A program made the translations under genes and the position numbers. This document shows positions 10,204-20,843 of a stretch of DNA of 64,000 bases, in pieces (within the stretch, counting starts at the first letter, position 1; every line of letters begins with the position of its first letter). The stretch lies in the NCBI GenBank assembly GCA_049841275.1, contig JASGDN010000059.1, forward strand, positions 10,806-74,805, written 5' to 3'. The notes under the pieces were generated by a model that saw nothing but the letters and a program-made list of their open reading frames with translations, searched no databases and was not told the DNA's origin. Source of the DNA: Thermomicrobiales bacterium. Its GTDB lineage: Bacteria; Chloroflexota; Chloroflexia; Thermomicrobiales; UBA6265.

Positions 10204-10850
10204 CGCGTGGCTCCTTCCCCGGACGCGACTGGCCCGGCATCCTCGCTCGGCGTCTGCGATCCCGCGACCTCGACCGCCACATCGGCCTCGTCGGCACCCG
10301 CGCGAACAACCTGCACCATGAAATGATCGTTGGTGAAGATGCAGATCTCGGCGGTAATCTCCATCGAGCGCAGAACGATCTCCTCGGCGGACAGTTCGGT
10401 ATTGCGGAGCAGCGCCTTGGCAGCAGCGGTCGCATACGGCGCGCCCGAACCGATGGCGACGATGCCGTCGTCCGGCTCGATCACGTCGCCCTCACCGGAG
10501 AGGACGAGCAACGACGCGCCGTCGGCGACGATCAGCTGCGCCTCCAGTCGCCGGAGGTACCGGTCGCTGCGCCATTCCCTGGTCAATTCGACGGAGGCGC
10601 GACGGAGATCGCCACCCCACTCCTGGAGCTGGGCCTCGAACTTGGCGAAAAGGGTGAGGGCATCGGCCACCGCGCCGGCAAACCCGGCGATCACCTGGCC
10701 GTCGTAGAGGGTGCGAAGCTTGCGCGCCCCGTGCTTGAGTACGATGTCCCCCATCGTGACCTGTCCGTCCCCGGCCAGCGCGATCTCGTTACCGCGCTTC
10801 ACGCCGAGAATGGTCGTAGCGTGGGGACGCCACTGGGTGTCGTAAGTCAT
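10200..10850 (-). CDS. hslV: ATP-dependent protease subunit HslV (with about 35-aa acidic C-terminal tail)
   Basis: ORF 10200..10967. The conserved N-terminal Thr region TTILGVKRGNEIALAGDGQVT places the start at ATG 10850. The stop overlaps the hslU start (ATGA). Confidence 0.95.
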   Translation of the reverse strand: MTYDTQWRPHATTILGVKRGNEIALAGDGQVTMGDIVLKHGARKLRTLYDGQVIAGFAGAVADALTLFAKFEAQLQEWGGDLRRASVELTREWRSDRYLRRLEAQLIVADGASLLVLSGEGDVIEPDDGIVAIGSGAPYATAAAKALLRNTELSAEEIVLRSMEITAEICIFTNDHFMVQVVRAGADEADVAVEVAGSQTPSEDAGPVASGEGATR

Positions 10851-11022
10851 TGGATACCGTTGCCAATCCTGACGCCGAATCAGCCGGCGCCTGTGTATCG
10901 GGCTCATGGGGAATGGGCGAGCCGCGAAAGAATCCCGATGAGGAAGTGTATCGCGAACAGGCCGCACCCCAGCAGGGGTACGGCCCGTTTCATCCCGCTC
11001 GATGCGGTTGGAGATGGACCGA

Positions 11023-13359
11023 TCAGTCGCCGGCCTTCGCGAGCTGCGGCTGCTCGGCGATCACGGTGCTGCAGACCGGACACTTGAGCTGTCCGTTGCG
11101 GCCAACCTCCATCATCCACGGGGAATCGCCGTTCGGGCAGGGATACTCCACCGGCTTGTTCCAGGAGACGAAATCGCACTCCGGATAGCGTTCGCAGCCG
11201 TAGAACTTGCGCCCCTTCTTCGAGCGACGTTCCACGACCTCGCCCTGATGACAGGTCGGGCATTCGACCCCGATGCGCGTCAGCAGCGGCCGCGCGTTGC
11301 GGCAGTCGGGGAAGCCACTGCACGCGAGGAACTTGCCGAAGCGTCCCAGCTTGATGACCATCGGCTTGCCGCACAGTTCACAGACCTCATCGGTCGGCTC
11401 GTCCTTGATCTGGACGCGCTCCATCGTCTGCTCGGCGTTCTTGAGCGTCGCCGCGAACGGGCCGTGGAACTCCTGCAGGGTCGGCACCCACTTCCGTTCG
11501 CCCGACGCGATGTCGTCGAGCTCGCCTTCGAGCTGCGAGGTGAATCCCACGTCGAAGAGATCGGGGAAGTGCTCTACGAGCAGGTCGTTCACCACGAATC
11601 CGAGTTCGGTCGGGATGAGCTTCCGCTCCTCGATCGCCACGTAACTCCGCGCCTGGAGCGTCGCGACCGTGGACGGGTAGGTACTCGGGCGGCCAATGCC
11701 CTGCTCTTCCAGCGCCTTCACGAGGGTCGCCTGCGTGTAGCGAGGAGGCGGCTGCGTGAAATGCTGCTCGGGCAGGAGTTTCAGCAGGTCCAGCGGCTCG
11801 CCGACCGAGACGTCCGGCAGCGCACCGGCATCGAGTTCGTCGGTCTCGCCCTCGTCGCGGCCCTGCTGATAGACGGCCATCCAGCCCTGGAACTTCACGA
11901 TGGACCCGTTGGCCCGGAAGACATACGGCTTCTCGCCCGCCTCGATCGCCGCAGGCGAACCAGCGGCCACATCGACCCGCGTGTTGTCGAGCAGGGCATC
12001 GGCCATCTGGCTCGCCATGAACCGCTGCCAGATGAGCTGATAGAGCCGGAATTGCGGCGCGCTCAGAAGGGATTTCACCGATTCTGGCGTACGGGCCGGA
12101 TTCGTCGGGCGGATTGCCTCGTGGGCCTCCTGCGCTCCCTTCGACTTCTTCGTGTAGACAGGCGGACGCGCCGGCACGAATTCGTCGCCGAACCGCCCGG
12201 CGATCACAGCGCGAGACGCCTGCTGCGCGCTGACCGCCACATTCGTGGAGTCGGTGCGCATGTAGGTGATAAGTCCCTGCACGCCCTCCGCACCGAGGTC
12301 GATGCCCTCATAAAGCTCCTGCGCCATCCGCGTGGTGCGGCCAACTTGGAAGCCAAGTTTGCGAGAGGCTTCCTGGAGCATGGTGCTGGTGGTGAACGGA
12401 GGCTGCGGCCGGCGGCGGCGTTCGCTCCGCACGACATCGGCGACCTTCCAGGCCGCGCCGTCGAGCGCCTTCACGATGGCGTTGGTCTCTTCGCCCGTTC
12501 CGAGTTCGGCCTTCTTGCCCGCGACCTGATGCAGGCTGGCCCGGAACTGGTCGCGCTTCGGCGGCGCCTTGCCGGTGATCTTCGCGAGATCCGCTTCCAG
12601 CGACCAGTATTCAACCGGGATGAACTGCTCGATCTCGCGCTCGCGCTCCACGACGATGCGAAGGGCGGCGGTCTGCACGCGACCGGCGGACAGGCCGCGC
12701 TTCACCTTCTTCCAGAGCAGCGGACTGATGCTGTACCCCACGAGCCGGTCGAGAATGCGGCGCGCCTGATACGCATCCACCAGATCCATGTCGATGCCGC
12801 GCGGGTTGTCCATCGCCGAAACCACCGCCTCGGGCGTGATCTCATGGAAGACGACACGATGAACCGGCTTGTCCTCGGCATCCGTGGCGTGAAGCAAGTG
12901 CCAGGCGATGGCCTCGCCCTCGCGGTCGGGGTCGGTGGCGAGATAGATTTCCTTCGCCCCGGCCACACTGTCCTTCAATTCCTTCACGACCTTGTTCTTG
13001 TCGCGCGGAATCAGGTACTTGGGATGAAAATCGGCCTCGACATCAACGCCCAGCGTGCTCTTCGGCAGGTCGCGAATATGACCCATCGAGGCCTTCACCG
13101 TATAGCCGGAGCCCAGGTATCGCCCGATGGAGCGCGCTTTCGCCGGGGACTCGACGATGACGAGCTTGCCGCGCGGCGCACGCGTCTTCGCCGCCGTCTT
13201 CTTCCTGGCGGCGGTGCCGGACGTGGATTTCCGCGTTGCGGTCTTGGCCGCCGATGTCGATTTGGTTGCCCGGGGCTTCGTTGCCTTCCGGGTTTCGCTG
13301 CTCACCTCTGCCGTCTCGTCAACGGTGATGGCGGAGGAGGCAGTCTCCTGAAGTGCCAT
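11023..13359 (-). CDS. topA: DNA topoisomerase I
   Basis: ORF 11023..13359 (778 aa). It has a Toprim start (LVIVESPAKARSIGRYLG), the block GLITYMRTDS and three C-terminal Cys4 zinc ribbons. The N-terminus carries a Lys/Thr/Ala-rich extension of about 65 aa. Confidence 0.95.
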   Translation of the reverse strand: MALQETASSAITVDETAEVSSETRKATKPRATKSTSAAKTATRKSTSGTAARKKTAAKTRAPRGKLVIVESPAKARSIGRYLGSGYTVKASMGHIRDLPKSTLGVDVEADFHPKYLIPRDKNKVVKELKDSVAGAKEIYLATDPDREGEAIAWHLLHATDAEDKPVHRVVFHEITPEAVVSAMDNPRGIDMDLVDAYQARRILDRLVGYSISPLLWKKVKRGLSAGRVQTAALRIVVEREREIEQFIPVEYWSLEADLAKITGKAPPKRDQFRASLHQVAGKKAELGTGEETNAIVKALDGAAWKVADVVRSERRRRPQPPFTTSTMLQEASRKLGFQVGRTTRMAQELYEGIDLGAEGVQGLITYMRTDSTNVAVSAQQASRAVIAGRFGDEFVPARPPVYTKKSKGAQEAHEAIRPTNPARTPESVKSLLSAPQFRLYQLIWQRFMASQMADALLDNTRVDVAAGSPAAIEAGEKPYVFRANGSIVKFQGWMAVYQQGRDEGETDELDAGALPDVSVGEPLDLLKLLPEQHFTQPPPRYTQATLVKALEEQGIGRPSTYPSTVATLQARSYVAIEERKLIPTELGFVVNDLLVEHFPDLFDVGFTSQLEGELDDIASGERKWVPTLQEFHGPFAATLKNAEQTMERVQIKDEPTDEVCELCGKPMVIKLGRFGKFLACSGFPDCRNARPLLTRIGVECPTCHQGEVVERRSKKGRKFYGCERYPECDFVSWNKPVEYPCPNGDSPWMMEVGRNGQLKCPVCSTVIAEQPQLAKAGD

Positions 13360-13690
13360 GAGTGTCTGTTCCTGTTCGCTCGAAAAGAAGGCGCGTCAGG
13401 ATCGCATCCTGGCTCGCCAGTGTCCCGCTAGCGAGCGACATCATCGTACGGGGACGAAAGCATAGATGGTTATCGCCCCGTCTTCCACCGTACGCGAGCC
13501 GTCAAGAGGACCAAGGTCATGCGTCGGCGAGCCGCGAACGATGCCGGAAGGCGGCGCGCTTCGCTCCATACAGGAGTTCGCGCGACCGCTTTTCTAAAGT
13601 AGAGAGCAACCGATATCCCTGTCAAGGAGGCTGGGATCGTCCGGCCAGGCGACACCAGCCGGTTCCGGCAAGAAGTCCGGCGCATGCCGT

Positions 13691-14812
13691 TCAGCGACCA
13701 CTGCGGACGTAGTGTTGGGCGCCGGCATTCGTCACAAGCCCTTGCAACTCCAGCAGCATCAACACCGACGAGACCTCGGTCGTCGGCAGGTTCGCGAGTT
13801 CGCGGAGGTCGTCGATATGCCGCGGCTCGCCGGACATCACGCCGAGGAGCAAGCGCTCCGATTCCCCCAACGGGAGCGCCTGCTGGACTGCCAGCTGTTC
13901 CGGCGTCCGGCCGATCCCAAGGTCATCCAGCACATCCCGCGCCGAACGAACCAGAAACGCACCATTCCGGATCAGCTGGTTGCACCCGGCACTCTTGCTC
14001 GCACCGACCGGTCCGGGCACGGCACACACATCCCTGCCCTGATCGGCCGCGAAGTCGACGGTGATCAGCGCGCCACTCTTCTCCGGAGCCTCCGTCACCA
14101 CCACCCCACACGACAGGCCGGAGATGATGCGGTTCCGGGCCGGGAAGTTGCGGGCATCCGGTTTCGTGTCCGGCGGATAGTCGGAGATCACCGCGCCCAG
14201 CTCCGCAATCCGCTCGGCCAGGCGCCGGTGTTCCGCCGGATAGATCTGGCGCAGTCCACTTCCGAGGACCGCAATGGTCCGCCCTCCCGCGTCGAGCGCC
14301 GCCTGATGCGCCACGCCATCGACGCCCTTGGCCATACCGGACACGACCGTGACCCCTGCCTGCGCCAGGCCGCTTGCGATCGCTTCGGTGACGGTGCGTC
14401 CGTATGGCGTGATCTGCCGCGTCCCGACAATCGCGACCGCCATGGCATCATCCTCGACGAGCGTGCCCCGGACGAACAGCACCGGCGGTGGCTGATGAAT
14501 CTCTCGCAATAACCGTGGATAGGCTGCGTCATCAATGGTCACGACGCTGATGCCATCCCGCTCAAGCCCGGAGCATATCGTGTTTACGTCAAGTGATCTC
14601 CGGGTGGATTCAAGCGAGGCCGCCGCTCGCTCGTGGACAGCGGCCCGAAGGTAGCGTCCATCCGCCGTCCAGGCAGCTTCTGCCGACCCGAATGTCTCTC
14701 GTAAGCGCGCGAGCGCAACCGGCCCGACGTACGGCACGTGCTGGAATGCGACGAGGTACGGGCGTTCGGCGTCGGCGAAGGCTTCCTGCTCGCTCACAGC
14801 GGCTCCTGTCAA
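13691..14812 (-). CDS. dprA: DNA-processing protein DprA (Smf)
   Basis: ORF 13691..14812 (373 aa). It has VVSGMAKGVDGVAHQAALDAGGRTIAVLGSG...NFPARNRIISGLS...VVTEAPEKSGALIT. Synteny with topA is commonly seen. Confidence 0.9.
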   Translation of the reverse strand: MTGAAVSEQEAFADAERPYLVAFQHVPYVGPVALARLRETFGSAEAAWTADGRYLRAAVHERAAASLESTRRSLDVNTICSGLERDGISVVTIDDAAYPRLLREIHQPPPVLFVRGTLVEDDAMAVAIVGTRQITPYGRTVTEAIASGLAQAGVTVVSGMAKGVDGVAHQAALDAGGRTIAVLGSGLRQIYPAEHRRLAERIAELGAVISDYPPDTKPDARNFPARNRIISGLSCGVVVTEAPEKSGALITVDFAADQGRDVCAVPGPVGASKSAGCNQLIRNGAFLVRSARDVLDDLGIGRTPEQLAVQQALPLGESERLLLGVMSGEPRHIDDLRELANLPTTEVSSVLMLLELQGLVTNAGAQHYVRSGR

Positions 14813-14950
14813 ACGGAGGACGGATCACGACCGAATTATCCGGAGCAACGGCATTCCGAAGCAAGCGGGTTACCCGTACAATCGCGGAACCCGCCGGCGG
14901 TCCATACGGACGACCGCGGCGACAGGCTTGTGAAGGAAGGATCGTCCCCA

Positions 14951-15733
14951 ATGGTGAATGGAAACCCGGTGCGCGACAAGATGGCTCGCGGCGAGGTCGT
15001 CCTCGGTTGCTTCGTGCAGACGCCTACCCCACAAATGGTCGAGGTGCTGGCGCTCACCGGCTTCGATTTCGCCCTGATCGATGCCGAACACAGTGCGCTT
15101 GCCCCGGATTCGGTCTACCCGATGATCCTCGCAGCAGAAGCACGCGGTATCTCCCCGGTCGTGCGCGTTGGCGAGCTCGACCCGAAAGTCGTCCTGAAAT
15201 ACGTTGATCTCGGGGCGGAAGGCATCATGGCGCCGCAGATTGACACGCCGGACCAGGCGGAGTTGATGATTGCGGCAACGAAGTTCCTGCCACGCGGCAA
15301 TCGAGGCCTGGCGGGCGGGCGCGTCTTCGACTTCGGCATGCGAGAACCCGCTTCCGCGATGGCAGGCGAACTCTCCGACCGCGTCTTGACCATCATCCAG
15401 TTCGAGCACATCGATACCTTGAGCCGGCTCGACACGATTCTCGACACCCCGAATCTGGATGTCCTGTTCGTCGGTCCAAACGACCTGGCGCAATCGCTCG
15501 GCCTGCACGGCCAGCCAGCGCACCCCGAGGTCGCGAAGGTGGCTGACGAAGTCGTGGCGCGGTGCAAGGCGAAGGGCGTGAAGACGGGCACAACATTTCT
15601 CAACGTGGAGCATGCACGGGAGACGGTCGATCGCGGCTTCGACATGCTGGTCTGCAACTCGATGGCGATGTTCGCAAATGCCGCGCGCGCGATCGGAGAC
15701 GGCGTCGCGCCACTCCTGCGCCGCGCCGCGTAG
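14951..15733 (+). CDS. HpcH/HpaI-family 2-keto-3-deoxy-acid aldolase
   Basis: ORF 14738..15733. The family-typical N-terminus (NPVRDKMARGEVVLGCFV...GFDFALIDAEHS) begins at ATG 14951, which is preceded by gaaggaagg. Confidence 0.8.
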   Translation: MVNGNPVRDKMARGEVVLGCFVQTPTPQMVEVLALTGFDFALIDAEHSALAPDSVYPMILAAEARGISPVVRVGELDPKVVLKYVDLGAEGIMAPQIDTPDQAELMIAATKFLPRGNRGLAGGRVFDFGMREPASAMAGELSDRVLTIIQFEHIDTLSRLDTILDTPNLDVLFVGPNDLAQSLGLHGQPAHPEVAKVADEVVARCKAKGVKTGTTFLNVEHARETVDRGFDMLVCNSMAMFANAARAIGDGVAPLLRRAA

Positions 15734-16069
15734 GCAAGCGCCACGATCCATGCATCTTGCACAACGTCGCAGAGCGCCCCGGAATCACTCGTCCGGTTCT
15801 TGCGCGGAATGACCAAAGATCATGGGACCGATTTGTATCAGCCGGGCGTCCGGTACGCCTGCGCCGCAGGAAAATCACGATCCGATCGCACCTGAGTCTC
15901 ATGTTCATGCCCAATCCGGGACGATTCATCATGCATTGCCGGCGCGAACAGGGCATACTACCCACGTCGCATCGACGCCCGAATGGCTGGTTCGGGGGGT
16001 GTACGAGCCAGGACGAACCCCTGCACACGTTGGCGAGAAGAGGATTCACTCGCGATTTGTGCCGATTTG

Positions 16070-16078
16070 TGGTAATGT
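16070..16078 (+). promoter_or_regulatory. candidate extended -10 promoter (TGGTAATGT) for the oppD-like operon
   Basis: TGn plus a hexamer of the same TGGTAnnnT form seen upstream of tRNA-Arg, rpsB and the SH3b gene. A 9-bp direct repeat CGATTTGTG (16053-16061 and 16063-16071) lies at or overlapping it. Confidence 0.3.
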
Positions 16079-16298
16079 CCAGCCCCAGAACCGCGTCATG
16101 ATGCTGGTAAACGTTGGACGCAATGCCGCGTCCGCAAGGGACGGGGATTTCCCCTTCCTTCGGAGATCGGTATCCGGTTCGTAACCGGGAACTCCGGGAA
16201 TGACCGGCACCGGTGCCACCACACCACTACCGCCGGCAACCAACCAGTCGGACCGCCGGTTCGACACATGTGTCTCAGTCTGGGCGAGAGGAGCCAGG

Positions 16299-17453
<1,155 letters not shown>

Positions 17454-17474
17454 CCGGAGCGTCGGAGGAACACC

Positions 17475-18515
17475 ATGTCCGCTGCTGTCGCAGAGAACAC
17501 CCAGCCGCAACCGGCTCCCATCAACAACGAGCAGCCATTGCTCGACGTGAAGAATCTGGTGATGCACTTCCCACTCACGCAGGGCATCATCTTCCAGCGC
17601 AAAGTCGGCGCCGTGCAGGCGGTGGACGGCGTGAGTTTCCAGGTCAAGAAGGGCGAGACGCTCGGCCTCGTGGGAGAGTCGGGCTGCGGCAAGTCCACCA
17701 CGGGTCGCGCCATCCTGCAGCTCTACAAGCCGACATCCGGTGAGGTCAACTTCAGCGGCCGCGACCTGACCAAGCTCGACGGCACCGAGATGCGCAAGAT
17801 GCGCCGCCATCTCCAGATGGTGTTCCAGGACCCGTATGCGTCGCTCAACCCACGCATGACGGTCGGCAACATCGTCTCGGAGCCGATGCAGATCCACAAG
17901 CTGGTGGAGAAGGGCCAGCGCACGCAGCGTGTGCAGGAACTCCTGCAGACGGTGGGGCTCAATCCGTACTTCGCCAACCGCTATCCGCACGAGTTCTCCG
18001 GCGGCCAGCGGCAACGCGTCGGTATCGCCCGCGCCCTGGCCGCGAACCCGGACTTCATCGTCTGCGACGAGCCGGTCTCGGCCCTCGACGTGTCCATCCA
18101 GGCGCAGGTGGTGAACCTGCTGGAAGACTTGCAGGACCAGTTCGGCCTTACCTATCTCTTCATCGCCCACGACCTCTCCGTGGTCCGCCACATCTCCGAT
18201 CGCGTCGCCGTGATGTACCTCGGCAAGATCGTCGAGATGGCCGACCGCAACGAGCTCTACGACGATCCCCTGCACCCGTACACGAAGGCGCTCCTTTCCG
18301 CCGTGCCGATTCCGGACCCGGTGATCGAGAAGAAACGCGAGCGCATCATCCTCACTGGCGACGTGCCGAGTCCGATCAATCCTCCGTCCGGCTGCCACTT
18401 CCACACGCGGTGCCCGTACGTGATGGATGTCTGCAAGCAGATCGACCCGATCTTCGCCGATCAGGGCCGCGATCACTGGGTGGCCTGCCACCTCTACGCG
18501 GGTTCTGGCGCCTAG
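17475..18515 (+). CDS. oligopeptide/dipeptide-type ABC transporter ATP-binding protein (OppF/DppF-like)
   Basis: ORF 17475..18515 (346 aa). It has [24 protein letters not shown] and C-terminal [10 protein letters not shown]. Confidence 0.9.
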   Translation: MSAAVAENTQPQPAPINNEQPLLDVKNLVMHFPLTQGIIFQRKVGAVQAVDGVSFQVKKGETLGLVGESGCGKSTTGRAILQLYKPTSGEVNFSGRDLTKLDGTEMRKMRRHLQMVFQDPYASLNPRMTVGNIVSEPMQIHKLVEKGQRTQRVQELLQTVGLNPYFANRYPHEFSGGQRQRVGIARALAANPDFIVCDEPVSALDVSIQAQVVNLLEDLQDQFGLTYLFIAHDLSVVRHISDRVAVMYLGKIVEMADRNELYDDPLHPYTKALLSAVPIPDPVIEKKRERIILTGDVPSPINPPSGCHFHTRCPYVMDVCKQIDPIFADQGRDHWVACHLYAGSGA

Positions 18516-18656
18516 CCACGACGGACACGGACACGCCGATTCGGCGTATCATTGCACCAGCAATCGATCAGGCGGGTTGCCATACCGGTAACCCGCCTTC
18601 CTCGTTCGAGTCGGACGCTTCCGAACCACCGCCACCGATCAGCCAACGGAGCCCGC

Positions 18657-19328
18657 GTGGGAACGATCACCCGTTCACCTGAAGAGATCATCGCCATCCT
18701 CCTGTCGTTCGTGATCGCGACGACCATCCACGAATGCGCGCACGCCGTCACAGCCTGGAAACTCGGCGACACCACGGCGAAGGACATGGGACGCGTGACG
18801 CTCAATCCGATTGCCCATTTCGAGCCATTCGGATTCTTCGGCATGGTGCTCATTTCGCTGGGCTACGGTTTCATCGGCTGGGGCAAGCCGTGTCCCGTGA
18901 ATCCCTCACGTTTTCGATACACCTTCGGGGGGCGGCGGAATCTCGGAATGGCAATCGTGGCACTGGCCGGCCCGGTCTCGAATGCGCTGCAGGCGCTGAT
19001 CGTGGCGATTCCATACCAGATCGCGATCAAGAACGACGTGACGATGAACCCCGACGTCGAGCTCTTCATCGTCTACTTCATCTGGGTGAACATCCTGCTC
19101 GCCTCGTTCAACATGATCCCGATCCCACCGCTGGACGGCTACAAGATCCTCACCGGTCTCCTGCCCAACTTCTGGGGGCCGGTACTGCAGCCTCTGGAAC
19201 GCTACGGATTCATGATCCTCTTCGTCATCTTCTTCATCGGCGGCAGCATCGGTGGCTCCCTGGTCGGCGGGATGATCGACCCGGTTCGCCAGAGCCTCAC
19301 CGATCTCGTCTACTTCATGATCCAGTGA
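18657..19328 (+). CDS. M50 (site-2 protease) family metallopeptidase, small form
   Basis: ORF 18552..19328. It has the HExxH motif (IHECAHAVTAW) and FNMIPIPPLDGYKIL. The likely start is GTG at 18657. Confidence 0.75.
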   Translation: MGTITRSPEEIIAILLSFVIATTIHECAHAVTAWKLGDTTAKDMGRVTLNPIAHFEPFGFFGMVLISLGYGFIGWGKPCPVNPSRFRYTFGGRRNLGMAIVALAGPVSNALQALIVAIPYQIAIKNDVTMNPDVELFIVYFIWVNILLASFNMIPIPPLDGYKILTGLLPNFWGPVLQPLERYGFMILFVIFFIGGSIGGSLVGGMIDPVRQSLTDLVYFMIQ

Positions 19329-19957
19329 CGCCTCTTCGCCGAACGTCGGTCTCGGTCTCCCGTGGCGTCGTGAAGGCCAGCGCCAACCGGCTCGGGCAGG
19401 CGTTGGCCTTCACACGTCCACAACGACCACCGGAGATGCCGACGGATATCGCGATATACCTGCGTCCCGGTACCATCGAACGGTTCCGTGCCCTCATGTC
19501 CGCCGACCAGCGACACCTGCTGGCGGTCGGGCAGCGGCTTCGCGCCGACGGCGCCTGCACCGACCTGTGGGTCGCGGGACTGCTCCACGATCTCGGCAAG
19601 ACCTATCAAGGCCATCACGTTCGTCTGCTCGACCGTGGCCTGTGGGTGATCGCAGCACACGTTCCGCCGATTGCACGAAGGATTCGCAGGCAAGCCACGA
19701 TGCCACGAATCGGAAGCGGCATCTGGATCGCTGCGCACCACGCCGCGCTCGGCAACGCGATGCTGCGGGAGCTTGGGTACAACGAACGCATCTGTACGCT
19801 TGTCGCCCTTCACGAAGACGACGAGCTGGCAGCGGTCGATCCGGATCTGGCACAGTTGCGCGCCGCGGACAACGCCCCGTCGGCAATCCCCACGCGAAAA
19901 ACGTCGATTGTCTCGTCGACGTCCATCCGGGCAGAGGCACATGTCCGCGCAAGCTGA
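19325..19957 (+). CDS. HD-domain protein (putative metal-dependent phosphohydrolase)
   Basis: This is the distal part of ORF 18734..19957. GTG at 19325 overlaps the M50 stop (GTGA). The motif WVAGLLHDLGK is present. Confidence 0.6.
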   Translation: MTPLRRTSVSVSRGVVKASANRLGQALAFTRPQRPPEMPTDIAIYLRPGTIERFRALMSADQRHLLAVGQRLRADGACTDLWVAGLLHDLGKTYQGHHVRLLDRGLWVIAAHVPPIARRIRRQATMPRIGSGIWIAAHHAALGNAMLRELGYNERICTLVALHEDDELAAVDPDLAQLRAADNAPSAIPTRKTSIVSSTSIRAEAHVRAS

Positions 19958-20771
19958 GCATCACGAAGGCGGCAATCTCAGCCTCGCCAACTACCAGCTG
20001 CGCCTCCCCGACTTCGAGGGACCGCTCGACCTGTTGCTGCGGCTGATCGAACGCAGTCAGCTGGCGATCGCCGATGTCTCGCTGGTAGCGGTCACCGACC
20101 AGTTCCTCGACCGCGTGAACGAGATGCGGGAGACCGGCACCACTCCGGACGAGACGATCGCGGAGTTCGCGGCGGTCGGTACGCGGCTGACGCTGCTCAA
20201 GAGCCGGTCGCTCCTCCCGCGCCCTCCGAGGGTCGAGGAGGAAGAGCCCACGCAGAGCGATCTCGCCACCGAGCTGGCGCAGTACAAGCTGATGAAGACG
20301 GCCGCCCTCCATCTCGGAGCACTCCACACGGCGGGCAACGCGACCTTCGCACCCTCCGCGCGCATTCCTGTCTCGATTCCCGCCGCACCGCCTCAGGAGA
20401 TCCGCCTGATCCCGTACGAGGCGTCCGTGCTCCTGCGCTCGATCCGGCGACGCCTCACGGTGACGGCCAAGCCGATCGAACTCATCAGGCAGCGGAAGGT
20501 CATCAGCATCCGCGAGATGATCGACCGCGTGATCGATTTCACCGCACACCTGAGCCAGCGCCCGATCAGCTTCGCATCGATGACCGAATCCTATCGACAG
20601 CGCAGCGAGGTCGCGACCGCCTTCCTCGCGGTGCTTGTGCTGGTACGGCGGAATGCGTTGGAAGCACAGCAGGACGACCTCTTCGGCGACATCCGTTTTC
20701 AACGGGCTGCCGACACGCCGGAAAGCAGCGATGTATCCTCGGAAGAACTCGCCAACGAGTTCCTGAACTGA
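19941..20771 (+). CDS. scpA: segregation and condensation protein A
   Basis: ORF 19671..20771. The conserved start region is at ATG 19941 (LRLPDFEGPLDLLLRLIERSQLAIADVSL). It overlaps the HD gene by 17 nt. Confidence 0.85.
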   Translation: MSAQAEHHEGGNLSLANYQLRLPDFEGPLDLLLRLIERSQLAIADVSLVAVTDQFLDRVNEMRETGTTPDETIAEFAAVGTRLTLLKSRSLLPRPPRVEEEEPTQSDLATELAQYKLMKTAALHLGALHTAGNATFAPSARIPVSIPAAPPQEIRLIPYEASVLLRSIRRRLTVTAKPIELIRQRKVISIREMIDRVIDFTAHLSQRPISFASMTESYRQRSEVATAFLAVLVLVRRNALEAQQDDLFGDIRFQRAADTPESSDVSSEELANEFLN

Positions 20772-20843
20772 CGCAACGCCCAAGCCAGCCGCCAGCAACG
20801 CGCTCCACAGTCATTCCGCAAGGGATTTCTCCACACGCATCGG

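Noticed and set aside
11002-13431. 809-aa plus-strand ORF
   Set aside because: It is entirely antisense to topA, which has unambiguous Toprim and zinc-ribbon motifs. Its composition (R, L, H, D-rich) is non-protein-like. The same reasoning rejects 1956..3563, 3969..5600, 6215..7531, 7550..9016, 9133..10326, 16275..17327, 17358..18491, 22721..24343, 24497..25690, 28284..29378, 29018..30361, 31349..33112, 39509..41329, 41542..42666, 46415..47428, 47435..48880, 49518..50537 and 53005..54141.
16095-16160. Partial resemblance to a c-di-GMP-I (GEMM) riboswitch (GGTAAAC...GGACGCAATGCC)
   Set aside because: The first hairpin between the two conserved strings is missing (only 3 nt), and the second tetraloop-receptor hairpin is not recognisable. 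The similarity is too weak to call.
18734-19324. Upstream 197 codons of the 407-aa ORF 18734..19957
   Set aside because: They overlap the M50 protease in another frame, and the M50 gene has clear HExxH and NxxPxxPLDG motifs. Only the part from GTG 19325 (HD domain) is taken as coding. The same logic applies to the upstream parts of 21095..22564, 19671..20771, 46373..47353 and 61472..62107.
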